A DNA stretch of 64,000 bases, taken from NCBI RefSeq assembly GCF_009914755.1, contig NC_060933.1; one strand, written 5' to 3'. Origin of the DNA: the human T2T-CHM13v2.0 reference genome, Homo sapiens. Shown here in pieces: positions 28,501 through 44,700 of this stretch. The position numbers and the translations under genes were made by a program. Each line of letters opens with the position of its first letter. The stretch's first letter is position 1. The notes under the pieces were generated by a model. The model was not told where the DNA came from. It saw only the letters and a program-made list of their open reading frames with translations, and ran no database searches.

Positions 28501-31500
28501 TCCATTCCAATCCATTCCATTCCATTGCACTAGGTTTGATTCCATTCCGCTGCATTCCATTCCATTCCATTCCATTCCATTCCGTTCCATTCCATTCCAT
28601 TACATTCGGTTTGATTGTATTCAATTCCCTTACACTCCATTTCATTCCATTCCATTCAGTTTGTTTCCATTCCATTCCAATCCATTCCACTCCATTCCAT
28701 TGCACTCGGGTTGATTGCATTCCATTCCATTCCATTCTACTCCATTTCGTTCCATTCCATTCTATTCGGTAGCATTCCATTCCATTCCATTCCAATCCAT
28801 TCCATTCCATGCCATTCCACTTGGGTTGATTCCCTTCCTTTCCATTCCATTCGGGTTGAATCCATTCCATTCCATTCCATTCCATTCCATTCCATTCCTT
28901 TCAATTCCATTGCACACGGGTTGGTTCCATTCCATTCCTTTCCGTTCCATTCCGGATGACTCCATTCCATTGCATTCCATTCCATTCCATTCCCCTGCAC
29001 TCGGGTTCATTACCTTCCATTCCATTTACTTCCATTCCATTCCATTCCATTCTATTCTGGTTAATTCCATTCCATTCCATTCTATTCCATTCCATTCCAT
29101 TCCATTCCATTCCATTTCATTCCATTCCATTCCATTCCATTCCATTGCAATCGAGTTGATTCCATTCCATTCCATTCAATTCCGGATGATTCCATTCCAT
29201 TGCCTTCAATTCCATTCCATTCCCCTGCACTCGGGTTGATTCCATTCCATTCCATTCCATTCCATTCCATTCCATTCCATTCCGGTCCATTCCATTCCAT
29301 TCCATTCTGTTCAGGTTAATTCGATTCCATTCCTTTCCCTTAAATTCCATTCCATTCCATCCCATTGCAATCGAGTTGATTCCATTGCATTCCATTCCAT
29401 TACATTCCATTGCATTCCATTCCATTCCATTCCCTTGCACTCAGGTTGATTCCATTCGATTCCTTTCCATTCCATTCCATTCGGGTTGTTTCCATTCCAT
29501 TCCATTCCATTCCACTCCATTCCATTGCAATCGGGTTGATTCCATTCCATTCCATTGCATTCCATTCCATTCCATTCCATTCCGTATGATTCCATTACAT
29601 TGCATTCCATTCCATTCCATTCCCCTGCACTCGGTTGGATTCCATTCAATTCCATTCCATTCCATTCCATTCCATTCCATTCCATTCCATTCCATTCCAT
29701 TCGGGTTAATTTCATTGCATTCCATTCCATTCCCTTCCATTCCCTTCCATTCCATTCCATTCCATTCAATTGAAATCGAGTTGATTCCATTCCATTCCAT
29801 TCCATTCCACTCCATTCTATTCGGGTTAATTCCATTCCATTCCATTCCATTCCATTCCCTTCCATTCCATTCCATTCCATTCCATTCCATTCCATTCAAT
29901 TCCATTCTATTAGGGTTAATTCCATTCCATTCCATTCCATTCCATTCCATTCCATTCTATTCCACTCCATTCCATGCCATTCCACTCGGGTTTATTCCAT
30001 TCCTTTCCATTCCATTCGGGTTGAATCCATTCCATTCAATTCCATTCCATTCCATTCCATTCCATTCCATTCCATTCCATTCCATTCCATGCCATTACAC
30101 TCGGGTTGATTCCATTCCTTTCCATTCCATTCGAATTGAACCCATTCCATTCCATTCCATTCCATTCCATTCCATTTCGTTCCATTCCATTCTATTCCTT
30201 ACCATTCCACTCCATTCCATTCCCTTCCATGCCATTTCACTCGGGTTTATTCCATTCCTTTCCATTCCATTCGGGTTGAATCCATTCCATTCCATTCCAT
30301 TCCATTCGATTCCATTCCATTCAACTCGGGTTGATTCCATTCCATTCCATGCCATTCCATTTCATTCCATTCCATTCCATTCCATTCCATTCCATTCCAT
30401 TCCATTCCGTTCCATTACATTCGGATTGATTCTTTTTAATTCCCTTACACTCCATTACATTCCATTCCATTCGGGTACTTTCCATTCCATTCCATTCCAT
30501 TCCACTGCATTCTATTGCACTCGGGTTGATTGATTCCATTCCATTGCATTCCATTCCATTCCATTCCCCTGCACTCAGGTTGATCCCATTCCATTGCATT
30601 CCATTCCATTCCATTCCATTCCATTCCGTTCCATTCCATTCCATTCCATTCTGTTCAGGTTAATTCCATTCCATTCCATTCCCTTCCATTCCGTTCCATT
30701 CCATTCCATTCCATTCCATTCCATTCTATTCAGGTTAATTCCATTCCATTCCATTCCCTTCCATTCCATTCCATTCCATTCCATCCCATTGCAATCTAGT
30801 TGATTCCATTGCATTGCATTCCATTCCATTCCATTCCATTACATTCCATTCCATTCCATTCCCCTGCACTCAGATTGATTCCATTCCATCCCATTCCATT
30901 CCATTCCGTTCCATTCCATTCCATTCCATTCTATTCGCTTTAATTCCATTCCATTCCATTCCATTACATTCCATTGTAATCGAGTTGATTCCATTCCATT
31001 CCGTTACATTCCATTCCATTCCATTCCATTTCGTTCCATTCCATTCTATTCTGTACCTTTCCATTCCATTCCATTCCATTCCATTCCATTCCATTCCATT
31101 CCATTCCATTCCATTCCATGCCATTCCAATCGGGTTGATTCCATTGCTTTCCATTCCATTTGGGTTGATTCCAATCCATTCCATTCCATTCCATTCCATT
31201 CCATTGCACTAGGTTTGATTCCATTCCACTGCATTCCATTCCATTCCATTCCGTTCCATTCCATTCCATTACATTTGGATTGATTGTATTCAATTCCCTT
31301 ACACTCCATTACATTCCATTCCATTCGGGTTGTTTCCATTCCATTACATTCCTTTCCACTCCATTCCATTGCAATCGGGTTGATTCCATTCCATTCCATT
31401 GCATTCCATTCCATTCCATTCCATTCCGTATGATTCCATTCCATTGCATTCCATTCCATTCCATTCCCCTGCACTCGGTTGGATTCCATTCTATTCCATT

Positions 31501-34500
31501 CCATTCCATTCCATTCCATTCTATTCGGGTTAATTTCATTCCATTCCATTCCATTCCCTTCCATTCCATTGCATTCCATTCCATTGAAATCGAGTTGATT
31601 CCATTCCATTCCATTCCATTCCATTCCATTCCATTCCATTCTATTCGGGTTAATTCCATTCCATTCCATTCCATTCCATTCCCTTCCATTCCATTCCATT
31701 CCATTCCATTCCACTCCATTCCATTCCATTCTATTAGGGTTAATTCCATTCCATTCCATTCCATTCCATTCCATTCCATTATATTCCATTCCACTCCATT
31801 CCATGCCATTCCACTCGGGTTTATTCCATTCCTTTCCATTCCATTCGGGTTGAATCCATTCCATTCCATTCCATTCCATTCCATTCCATTCCATTCCATT
31901 CCATTCCATTTCGTTCCATCCCATTCTATTCCATACCATTCCATTCCATTCCATTCCATTCCATTCCATTCCATTCCACTCCATTCCATGCCATTCCACT
32001 CGGGTTTATTGCATACCTTTCCATTCCATTCGGGTTGAATCCATTCCATTCCATTCCATTCCATTCGATTCCATTACATTGCACTCGGGGTGATTCCATT
32101 CCATTCCATTCCATTACATTTCATTCCATTCCACTCCATTCCATGCCATTCCACACGGGTTTATTCCATTCCTTTCCATTCCATTCGTGTTGAATCCATT
32201 CCATTCCATTCCATTCCATTCGATTCCATTACACTGCACACGGGTTGATTCAATTCCATTCCATTCCATTCCATTCCATTCCATTCCATTCCATTCCATT
32301 CCATTCCATTCTATTCCATTCCATTGCACACGGGTTCATTCCATTCCATTCCATTCTATTCCATTCCATTCCATTCCATTCCGTTCTATTCCATTCCATT
32401 CCATTCTGTTCAGGTTAATTCCATTCCATTCCTTTCCCTTACATTCCATTCCATTCCATTCCATTGCAATCGAGTTGATTCCATTGCATTCCATTCCATT
32501 ACATTCCATTGCATTCCATTCCATTCCATTCCCCTGCACTCAGGTTGATTCCATTCGATTCCATTCCATTCCATTCCGTTCCATTCGATTCCATTCCATT
32601 CTATTCGCTTTAATTGCATTCCATTCCATTCCATTGCTTTCCATTGCAATCGAGTTGATTCCATTCCTGTCCGTTCCATTCCATACCATTCCATTCCATT
32701 TCGTTCCATTCCATTCTATTCCGTACCATTCCATTCCATTCCATTCCATTCCATTCCATTCCGTTCCATTCCATTCCATGCCATTCCACTCGGGTTGATT
32801 CCATTGCTTTCCATTCCATTTGGGTTGAATCCATTCCATTCCATTCCATTCCATTCCATTCCATTGCATTCCATTCCATTGCACTAGGTTTGATTCCATT
32901 CCACTGCATTCCATTCCATTCCATTCCATTCCGTTCCATTCCATTCCATTACATTCGGATTGATTGTATTCAATTCCCTTACACTCCATTTCATTCCATT
33001 CCATTCTGGTTGTTTCCATACCATTCCATTCCATTCTAATCCATTTCGTTCCATTCCATTCTATTCGGTACCATTCCATTCCATTCCTTTCCATTCCATG
33101 CCATTCCACTTGGGTTGATTCCCTTCCTTTCCATTCCATTCGGGTTGATTCCATTCCATTCCATTCCATTCCATTCCATTCCATTCCATTCCTTTCCATT
33201 CCATTGCACACGGGTTGATTCCATTCCATTCCTTTCTGTTCCATTCCGGATGACTCCATTCCATTGCATTCCATTCCATTCCATTCCCCTGCACTCGGGT
33301 TCATTACATTCCATTCCTTTTACTTCCATTCCATTCCATTCCATTCAATTCCATTCTATTCGGGTTAATTCCATTCCATTCCATTCCATTCCATTCCATT
33401 CCATTCCATTCCATTGCAATCCAGTTGATTCCATTCCATTCCATTCAATTCCGGATGATTCCATTCCATTGCCTTCAATTCCATTCCATTCCCCTGCACT
33501 CGGGTTGATTCCATTCCATTCCATTCCATTCCATTCCATTCCATTCCATTCCATTCCATTTCATTCCATTCCATTTCGTTCCATTCCATTCTATTCCGTT
33601 CCATTCCATTCCATTACATTACATTGCATTCCATTCCATTCCATTCCTTTCCATTCTATTCGGGTTAATTCCATTCCATTCCATTCCATTCCATTCCATT
33701 CCGTTCCATTCAATTCCATTACATTCGGATTGATTCTTTTTAATTCCCTTACACTCCATTACATTCTATTCCATTCGGATAGTTTCCATACCATTCCATT
33801 CCATTCCACTGCATTCTATTGCACTCGGGTTGATTGATTCCATTCCATTGCATTCCATTCCATTCCATTCCATTCCGGATGATTCCATTCCATTTCATTC
33901 CTTTGCATTCCATTCCCCTGTACTCGGGTTGATCCCATTCCATTGCATTCCATTCCATTCCATTCCATTCCATTCCATTCCATTCCATTCCGTTCCGTTC
34001 CATTCCATTCCCTTCCATTCTGTTCAGGTTAATTCCATTCCATTCCATTCCCTTCCATTCCATTCCATTCCATTCCAATCCATTCCATGCCATTCCACTC
34101 GGTTTGATTCCATTCCTTTCCATTCCATTCGAGTTGAACCCATTCCATTCCATTCCATTCCATTGCATTCCACTCGGGTTGATTCCATTCCTTTCCATTC
34201 CATTCGGGTTGAAACCATTCCATTCCATTCCATTCCTTTCGATTCCATTCCATTTCACTCGGGTTGATCCCTTTCCATTGCATTCCATTCCATTCCATTG
34301 CATTAAATTCTGTTCCATTCCGTTCCATTACATTCGTATTGATTCTATTCAATTCCCTTACTCTCCATTACATTCCATTCCATTCGGGTTGTTTCCATTC
34401 CATTCCATTCCATTCCACTCCATTCCATTGCAGTCGGGTTGATTCCATTCCATTCCATTGCATTCCATTCCATTCCATTCCATTCCATTCCGTATGATTC

Positions 34501-35614
34501 CATTCCATTGCATTCCATTCCATTCCATTCCCCTGCACTCGGGTGGATTCCATTCTATTCCATTCCATTCCATTCCATTCCATTCCATTCCATTCCACTC
34601 CATTCTATTCGGGTTAATTTCATTCCATTCCATTCCATTCCCTTCCATTGCATTCCATTCCATTCCATTCCATTCCATTCCATTGAAATCGAGTTGATTC
34701 CATTCCATTCCATTCCATTCCATTCCATTCCATTCCATTCCATTCTATTCGGGTTAATTCCATTCCATTCCATTCCATTCCATTCCATTCCCTTCCATTC
34801 CATTCTATTCCATTCCATTCCATTCCATTCCATTAGGGTTAATTCCATTCCATTCCATTCCATTCCATTCCATTCCATTCCATTCCATTGCAATCGAGTT
34901 GATTCCATTCCATTCCATTCCATTCCATTCCATTCCATTCAATTCCATTGAACTCGGGTTGATTCCATTCCATTCCATGCAATTCCATTTCATTCCATTC
35001 CATTCCATTCCATTCCATTCCATTCCATTCCATTCCTTTCCGTTCCATTCCATTACATTCGGATTGATTCTGTTCAATTCCCGTACACTCCATTACATTC
35101 TATTCCATTCGTGTTGTTTCCATTCTATTCCATTCCATTCCACTCCATTCCATTGCACTCTGGTTGATTCCATTCCATTCCCTTCCATTCTGTATGACTC
35201 CATTCCATTTCATTCCATTCCATTGCGTTCCCCTGCACTCGAGTTGATTACATTCCATTCCATTCCCTTCCTTTCCGTTCCATTCCATTCTATTCGGGTT
35301 AATTCCATTCCATTCCATTCCATTCCATTCGATTCTATTCGGGTTAATTCCATTCCATTCCATTCCATTCCATTCCATTCCATTCCATTCCATTGCAATC
35401 GAGTTGATTCCATTCCATTCCATTGCATTGCATTCCATTCCATTCCGGTTGATTCCATTCCATTGCCTTCCATTCCATTCCATTACCATGCACTCGGGTT
35501 GTTTCCATTCCATTCCATTCCATTCCATTCCATTCCATTCCATTTCGTTCCATTCGATTCTATTCCGTACCATTCAATTCCATTCCATTCCATGCCATTC
35601 CATTCCATTCCAGT

Positions 35615-38600
35615 CCATGCCATTCCACTCGGGTTGATTTCATTCCTTTCCATTCCATTCGAGTTGTATCCTTTCCATTCCATTCCATTCCATTCGATTC
35701 CATTCCATTGCACACGGGTTCATTCCATTCCATTCCATTCCATTCCATTCCATTCCGTTCCGTTCCGTTCCATTCCATTCCATTCCATTCCATTTCGTTC
35801 CATTCCATTCTATTCCGTACCATTCCATTCCATTCCATTCCATTCCATTCCATTCCAGTCCATTCCTTGCCATTCCACTCGGGTTGATTCCATTCCTTTC
35901 CATTCCATTTGGGTTGAATCCATTCCATTCCATTCCATTCCATTCGATTCCATTACATTACACTCGTGTTGATTCCATTCCATTCCATTCCATTCCATTC
36001 CGTTCCATTCCATTCCATTCCATTCCATTCCATACCATTCCATTCCATTCCATTCCATGCCATTCCACTCGGGTTGATTCCATTCCTTTCCATTCCTTTC
36101 GAGTAGAACCCATTCCATTCCATTCCATTCCATTCCATTCCATTGCACACGGGTTCATTCCATTCCATTACATTCCATTCCATTTCATTCCATTCCATTC
36201 CATTCCATTCCATTCCATTCCATGCCATTCCACTCGGGTTAATTCCATTCCTTTCCATTCCATTCGGGTTCAATCCATTCCATTCCCTTCCATTCCATTC
36301 GATTTCATTCCATTGCACTCGGGTTAATTCCATTCCATTCCATGCCATTCCATTTCATTCCATTCCATTCCATTCCATTCCATTCCATTCCATTCTATTC
36401 CGTTCCATTACATTCAATTACATTCGTATTGATTCTTTTTAATTTCCTTACACTCCATTACTTTCCATTCCATTCGGGTACTTTCTATTCCATTCCATTC
36501 CATTCCACTGCATTCTATTGCACTCGGGTTGATTGATTCCATTCCATTGCATTCCATTCCATTCCATTCCCCTGAACTCGGGTAGATTCCATTCCATTCC
36601 ATTCCATTCCATTCCGTTCCATTCCATTCCATTCCATTCTGTTCAGGTTAATTCCATTCCATTCCATTCCCTTCCATTCCATTCCATTCTATTCCATTCC
36701 ATTCCATTCCATTCCCCTGCACTCAGTTTGATTCCATTCCATTCCATTCCATTCCATTCCATTCCATTCCGTTCCATTCCATTCCAATCCATTCTATTCG
36801 CATTAATTCCATTCCATTCCATTCCATTACATTCCATTGCAATCGAGTTGATTCCATTCCATTCCATTCCATTCCATTCAAGTCCTTTCCATTCCATTCC
36901 ACTCGTGTTGATTCCATTTTATTAGTTTCCATTCCATTCCATTCCCTTCCATTCCACTCTGGTTGATTCCATTCCTTTCCATTCTACTCGAATGCATTCC
37001 CTTCTATTCCACTCGGATTGATTCCATTCCATTCCGTTCCATTCCATTCCATTTCGTTCCATTCCATTCTATTCCATTCCATTCCATTCCATTCGTTTCC
37101 ATTCCATTCCATTCCATTCCATTCCATTCCATTCCATTCCATTTCTTTCCATTCCATTCTATTCCATACCATTCCATTCCATTCCGTTCCATGCCATTCC
37201 ACTCGGGTTGATTTCATTCCTTTCCATTCCATTCGAGTTGTATCCTTTCCATTCCATTCCATTCCATTCGATTCCATTCCATTGCACACGGGTTCATTCC
37301 ATTCCATTCCATTCCATTCCATTCCATTCCGTTCCGTTCCGTTCCATTCCATTCCATTCCATTCCATTTCGTTCCATTCCATTCTATTCCGTACCATTCC
37401 ATTCCATTCCATTCCATTCCATTCCAGTCCATTCCTTGCCATTCCACTCGGGTTGATTCCATTCCTTTCCATTCCATTTGGGTTGAATCCATTCCATTCC
37501 ATTCCATTCCATTCGATTCCATTACATTACACTCGTGTTGATTCCATTCCATTCCATTCCATTCCATTCCATTCCATTCCATTCCATACCATTCCATTCC
37601 ATTCCATTCCATGCCATTCCACTCGGGTTGATTCCATTCCTTTCCATTCCTTTCGAGTAGAACCCATTCCATTCCATTCCATTCCATTCCATTCCATTGC
37701 ACACGCGTTCATTCCATTCCATTACATTCCATTCCATTTCATTCCATTCCATTCCATTCCATTCCATTCCATTCCATTCCATGCCATTCCACTCGGGTTT
37801 ATTCCATTCCTTTCCATTCCATTCGGGTTCAATCCATTCCATTCCCTTCCATTCCATTCGATTTCATTCCATTGCACTCGGGTTAATTCCATTCCATTCC
37901 ATGCCATTACATTTCATTCCATTCCATTCCATTCCATTCCATTCCATTCCATTCCATTCCATTCTATTCCGTTCCATTCCATTCAATTACATTCGTATTG
38001 ATTCTTTTTAATTTCCTTACACTCCATTACATTCCATTCCATTCGGGTACTTTCTATTCCATTCCATTCCATTCCACTGCATTCTATTGCACTCGGGTTG
38101 ATTGATTCCATTCCATTGCATTCCATTCCATTCCATTCCCCTGAACTCGGGTAGATTCCATTCCATTCCATTCCATTCCATTCCGTTCCATTCCATTCCA
38201 TTCCATTCTGTTCAGGTTAATTCCATTCCATTCCATTCCCTTCCATTCCATTCCATTCTATTCCATTCCATTCCATTCCATTCCCCTGCACTCAGTTTGA
38301 TTCCATTCCATTCCATTCCATTCCATTCCATTCCATTCCGTTCCATTCCATTCCAATCCATTCTATTCGCATTAATTCCATTCCATTCCATTCCATTACA
38401 TTCCATTGCAATCGAGTTGATTCCATTCCATTCCATTCCATTCCATTCAAGTCCTTTCCATTCCATTCCACTCGTGTTGATTCCATTTTATTAGTTTCCA
38501 TTCCATTCCATTCCCTTCCATTCCACTCTGGTTGATTCCATTCCTTTCCATTCTACTCGAATGCATTCCCTTCTATTCCACTCGGATTGATTCCATTCCA

Positions 38601-38752
38601 TTCCGTTCCATTCCATTCCATTTCGTTCCATTCCATTCTATTCCATTCCATTCCATTCCATTCGTTTCCATTCCATTCCATTCCATTCCATTCCATTCCA
38701 TTCCATTTCTTTCCATTCCATTCTATTCCATACCATTCCATTCCATTCCGTT
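35615..38752 (+). repeat. Tandem duplication of a ~1.57-kb unit (35615-37188, 37189-38752)
   Basis: GAGTTGTATCC at 35661 and 37235; identical 130-aa ORF translations at 36533 and 38102 (offset 1569); junction lies within CCATGCCATTCCACTCGGGTTGATT. Confidence 0.92.
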
Positions 38753-41700
38753 CCATGCCATTCCACTCGGGTTGATTCCACTGCTTTCCATTCCATTTGG
38801 GTTGAATCCATTCCATTCCATTCCATTCCATTCCATTCCATTCCATTCCATTGCATTCCATTCCATTGCACTAGGTTTGATTCCATTCCACTGCATTCCA
38901 TTCCATTCCATTCCATTCCGTTCCATTCCGTTCCATTACATTCGTATTGATTGTATTCAATTCCCTTACACTCCATTACATTCCATTCCATTCGGGTTGT
39001 TTCCATTCCATTCCATTCCATTCCACTCCATTCCATTGCAGTCGGGTTGATTCCATTGCATTCCATTCCATGCCCTTCCATTCCACTTCGTTCCATTCCA
39101 TTCTATTCCATACCATTCCATTCCATTCCATTCCATTCCATTCCATTCCATTCCATGCCATTCCACTCGGGTTGATTCCATTCCATTCCATTCCATTCGG
39201 GTTGAAACCATTCCATTCCATTCAATTCCATTCCATTCCGGATGATTGCATTCCATTGCCTTCCATTCAATTGCATTCCCCTGCACCCGGGTTGATTCCA
39301 TTCAAATCCATTCCATTCCATTCCGTTCCATTCCATTCCATACCATTCCATTCCATTCCATTCTATTCGGGTTAATTCCATTCCATTCCATTCCATTCCA
39401 TTCAATTTCATTGCAATCGGGTTGATTCCATTCCATTCCATTCCATTGCATTCCATTCCATTCCATTCCATTCCATTCCATTCCATTCCATTCCATTCCA
39501 CTCGGGTTGATTGCATTCCTTTCCATTCCATTCGGGGTGAAGCCTTTCCATTCCATTCCATTCCTTTCGATTCCATTCCAATGCACTCGGGTTGATACCA
39601 TTCCATTTCATTTCATTCCATTCCATTGCATTGCATTCCATTCCATTCCATTCCATTCCATTCCATTCAATTCCATTACATTCGGATTGATTCTATTCAA
39701 TTCACTTACACTCCATCACATTCCATTCCATTCGGGTTGTTTCCATTCCATTCCATTCAATTCCATTCCATTCCATTCCGTATGATTCCATTCCATTGCA
39801 TTCTATTCCATTCCATTCCCCTGCACTCGGGTGGATTCCATTCTATTCCATTCCATTCCATTCCATTCCATTCCATTCCATTCCATTGAAATCGAGTTGA
39901 TTCCATTCCATTCCATTCCATTCCATTCCATTCCATTCCATTCCATTCCATTCTATTTGGGTTAATTCCATTCCATTCCATTCCATTCCATTCTCTTCCA
40001 TTCCATTCCATTCCATTCCATTCTATTAGGGTTAATTCCATTCCATTCCATTGCATTCCATTCCATTCCATTCCATTCCATTCCATTGAAATCGAGTTGA
40101 TTCCATTCCATTCCGTTCCATTCCATTCCATTCCATTCCATTCCATTCCATTCCATTCCAGATGATTCCATTCCACTGCATTCCATTCCATTAAATTCCC
40201 CTGCACTTGGGGTGATTCCTTTCCATTCTATTCCATTCCATTCCTTTCCATTCCATTCAATTCCATTCTATTCGGGTTAATTGCATTCCATTCCATTCCA
40301 TTCCATTCAATTCCATTCCATTGCAATCGAGTTGATTCCATTGCATTCCATTCCATTCCATTCCAGTCCTTTCCATTCCATTCCACTCGGGTTGATTCCA
40401 TTCTATTCCTTTCCATTCCATTGCATTCCATTCCATTCCACTCTGGTTGATTCCATTCCTTTTCATTCCACTCGAAAACATTCCCTTCTATTCCACTCGG
40501 AATGATTCCATTCCATTCCATTTCGTTCCTTTCCATTCTATTCCGTACCATTCCATTCCATTCCATTCCATTTCATTCCATGCCATTCCACTCGCGTTGA
40601 TTGCATTCCTTTCCATTCCATTCGAGTTAAATCCATTCCAATCCATTCCATTCCATTCGATTCCATTCCATTGCACAAGTGCTCATTGCATTCCATTCCA
40701 TTCTATTCCATTCCATTCCATTCCATTTCGTTCCATCCCATTCTATTCCGTAACATTCCATTCCATTCCATTCCATTCCATTCCACTCCATTCCATGCCA
40801 TTCCACTCGGGTTTATTCCATTCCTTTCCATTCCATTCGGGTTGAATCCATTCCATTCCATTCCATTCCATTCCATTCCATTACATTGCACTCGGGTTGA
40901 TTCCATTCCATTCCATTCCATTACATTTCATTCCATTCCACTCCATTCCATGCCATTCCACACGGGTTTATTCCATTCCTTTCCATTGCATTCGTGTTGA
41001 ATCCATTCCATTCCATTCCATTCCATTCGATTCCATTACACTGCACTCGGGTTGATTCAATTCCATTCCATTCCATTACATTTCATTCCATTCCATTGCA
41101 TTCCATTCCATTCCATTCCATTCCATTCCATTCCATTGCACACGGGTTCATTCCATTCCATTCCATTCCATTCCATTCCATTCCATTCCGTTCCATTCCA
41201 TTCCATTCCATTCTGTTCAGGTTAATTCCATTCCATTCCTTTCCCTTCCTTTCCATTCCATTCCATTCCATTGCAATCGAGTTGATTCCATTGCATTCCA
41301 TTCCGTTACATTCCATTGCATTCCATTCCATTCCATTACCCTGCACTCAGGTTGATTCCATTCGATTCCATTCCATTCCATTCCATTCCATTCCGTTCCA
41401 TTCCATTCCATTCCATTCTATTCGCTTTAATTGCATTCCATTACATTCCATTGCTTTCCATTGCAATCGAGTTGATTCCATTCCTTTCCGTTCCATTCCA
41501 TACCATTCCATTCCATTTCGTTCCATTCCATTCTATTCCGTACCATTCCATTCCATTCCATTCCATTCCATTCCATTCCGTTCCATTCCATTCCATGCCA
41601 TTCCACTCGGGTTGATTCCATTGCTTTCCATTCCATTTTGGTTGAATCCATTCCATTCCATTCCATTCCATTCCATTCCATTCCATTCCATTCCATTGCA

Positions 41701-44700
41701 CTAGGTTTGATTCCATTGCACTGCATTCCATTCCATTCCATTCCATTCCGTTCCATTCCATTCCATTACATTCGGATTGACTGTATTCAATTCCCTTACA
41801 CTCCATTTCATTCCATTCCATTCGGGTTGTTTCCATACCATTCCATTCCATTCTATTCCATTTCGTTCCATTCCATTCTATTTGGTACCATTCCATTCCA
41901 TTCCATTCCATTCCATTCCATTCCATGCCATTCCACTTGGGTTGATTCCCTTCCTTTCCATTCCATTCGGGTTGATTCCATTCCATTCCATTCCATTCCA
42001 TTCCATTCCATTCCTTTCCATTCCATTGCAGACGGGTTGATTCCATTCCATTCCTTTCTGTTCCATTCCGGATGACTCCATTCCATTGCATTCCATTCCA
42101 TTCCATTCCCCTGCACTCGGGTTCATTACATTCCATTCCTTTTACTTCCATTCCATTCCATTCCATTCAATTCCATTCTATTCGGGTTAATTCCATTCCA
42201 TTCCATTCCATTCCATTCCATTCCATTCCATTCCATTCCATTCCATTGCAATCCAGTTGATTCCATTCCATTCCATTCAATTCCGGATGATTCCATTCCA
42301 TTGCCTTCAATTCCATTCCATTCCCCTGCACTCGGGTTGATTCCATTCCATTCCATTCCATTCCATTCCATTCCATTCCATTTCATTCCATTCCATTTCG
42401 TTCCGTTCCATTCTATTCCATTCCATTCCATTCCATTCCATTCCATTCCATTCCATTCCATTCCATTCTTTTCCATTCTATTCGGGTTAATTCCATTCCA
42501 TTCCATTCCATTCCATTCCATTCCATTCCATTCCGTTCGATTCAATTCCATTACATTCGGATTGATTCTTTTTAATTCCCTTACACTCCATTACATTCTA
42601 TTCCATTCGGGTAGTTTCCATACCATTCCATTCCATTCCACTGCATTCTATTGCACTCGGGTAGATTGATTCCATTCCATTGCATTCCATTCCATTCCAA
42701 TCCATTCCGGATGATTCCATTCCATTGCATTCCATTGCATTCCATTCCCCTGTACTGGGGTTGATCCCATTCCATTGCATTCCATTCCATTCCATTCCAT
42801 TCCATTCCATTCCGTTCCGTTCCATTCCATTCCCTTCCATTCTGTTCAGGTTAATTCCATTCCATTCCATTCCCTTCCATTCCATTCCATTCCATTCCAT
42901 TCCATTGCATTCCACTCGGGTTGATTCCATTCCTTTCCATTCCATTCGGGTTGAAACCATTCCATTCCATTCCATTCCTTTCGATTCCATTCCATTTCAC
43001 TCGGGTTGATCCCATTCCATTGCATTCCATTCCATTCCATTGCATTCCATTCCGTTCCATTCCATTCCATTACATTCGTATTGATTCTATTCAATTCCCT
43101 TACTCTCCATTCCATTCCATTCCATTCGGGTTGTTTCCATTCCATTCCATTCCATTCCACTCCATTCCATTGCAGTCGGGTTGATTCCATTCCATTCCAT
43201 TGCATTCCATTCCATTCCATTCCATTCCGTATGATTCCATTCCATTGCATTCCATTCCATTCCATTCCCCTGCACTCGGGTGGATTCCATTCTATTCCAT
43301 TCCATTCCATTCCATGCCATTCCATTCCATTCCATTCCATTCTACTCGGGTTAATTTGATTCCATTCCATTCCATTCCCTTCCATTGCATTCCATTCCAT
43401 TCCTTTCCATTCCACTCCATTGAAATCGAATTGATTCCATTCCATTCCATTCCATTCCATTCCATTCCATTCCATTCTATTAGGGTTAATTCCATTCCAT
43501 TCCATTCCATTCCATTCCCTTCCATTCCATTCTATTCCATTCCACTCCATTCCATTAGGGTTAATTCCATTCCATTCCATTCCATTCCATTCCATTCCAT
43601 TCCATTCCATTCCATTCCATTCCATTGCCATCGAGTTGATTCCATTCCATTCCATTCCATTCCATTCCATTCAATTCCATTGAAATCGGGTTGATTCCAT
43701 TCCATTCCATGCCATTCCATTTCATTCCATTCCATTCCATTCCATTCCATTCCATTCCATTCCATTCCATTCCATTCCTTTCCGTTCCATTCCATTACAT
43801 TCGGATTGATTCTATTCAATTCCCTTACACTCCATTACATTCTATTCCATTCGTGTTGTTTCCATTCTATTCCATTCCATTCCACTCCCTTCCATTGCAC
43901 TCTGGTTGATTCCATTCCATTCCCTTCCATTCCGTATGACTCCATTCCATTTCATTCCATTCCATTGCATTCCCCTGCACTCGAGTTGATTACATTCCAT
44001 TCCATTCCCTTCCTTTCCGTTCCATTCCATTCTATTGGGGTTAATTCCATTCCATTCCATTACATTCCATTCCCTTCCATTCCATTCCATTCCATTCCAT
44101 TCCATTCCATTCTATTCCATTACATTCGATTCTATTCGGGTTAATTCCATTCCATTCCATTCCATTCCATTCCATTCCTTTGCAATCGAGTTGATTCCAT
44201 TCCATTCCATTCCATTCCATTCCATTCCATTCCATTCCATTTCGTTCCATTCGATTCTATTCCGTACCATTCAATTCCATTCCATTCCATGCCATTCCAT
44301 TCCATTCCAGTTCTTGCCATTCCACTCGGGTTGATTTCATTCCTTTCCATTCCATTCGAGTTGTATCCTTTCCATTCCATTCCATTCCATTCGATTCCAT
44401 TCCATTGCACACGGGTTCATTCCATTCCATTCCATTCCATTCCATTCCACTCCATTCCATTCCATTTCGTTCCATTCCATTCTATTCCGTACCATTCCAT
44501 TCCATTCCATTCCATTCCAGTCCATTCCATGCCATTCCACTCGGGTTGATTCCATTCCTTTCCATTCCATTTGGGTTGAATCCATTCCATTCTATTCCAT
44601 TCCATTCGATTCCATTACATTACACTCGGGTTGATTCCATTCCATTCCATTCCATTCCGTTTCATTCCATTCCATTCCATTCCATTCCATTCCATTCCAT

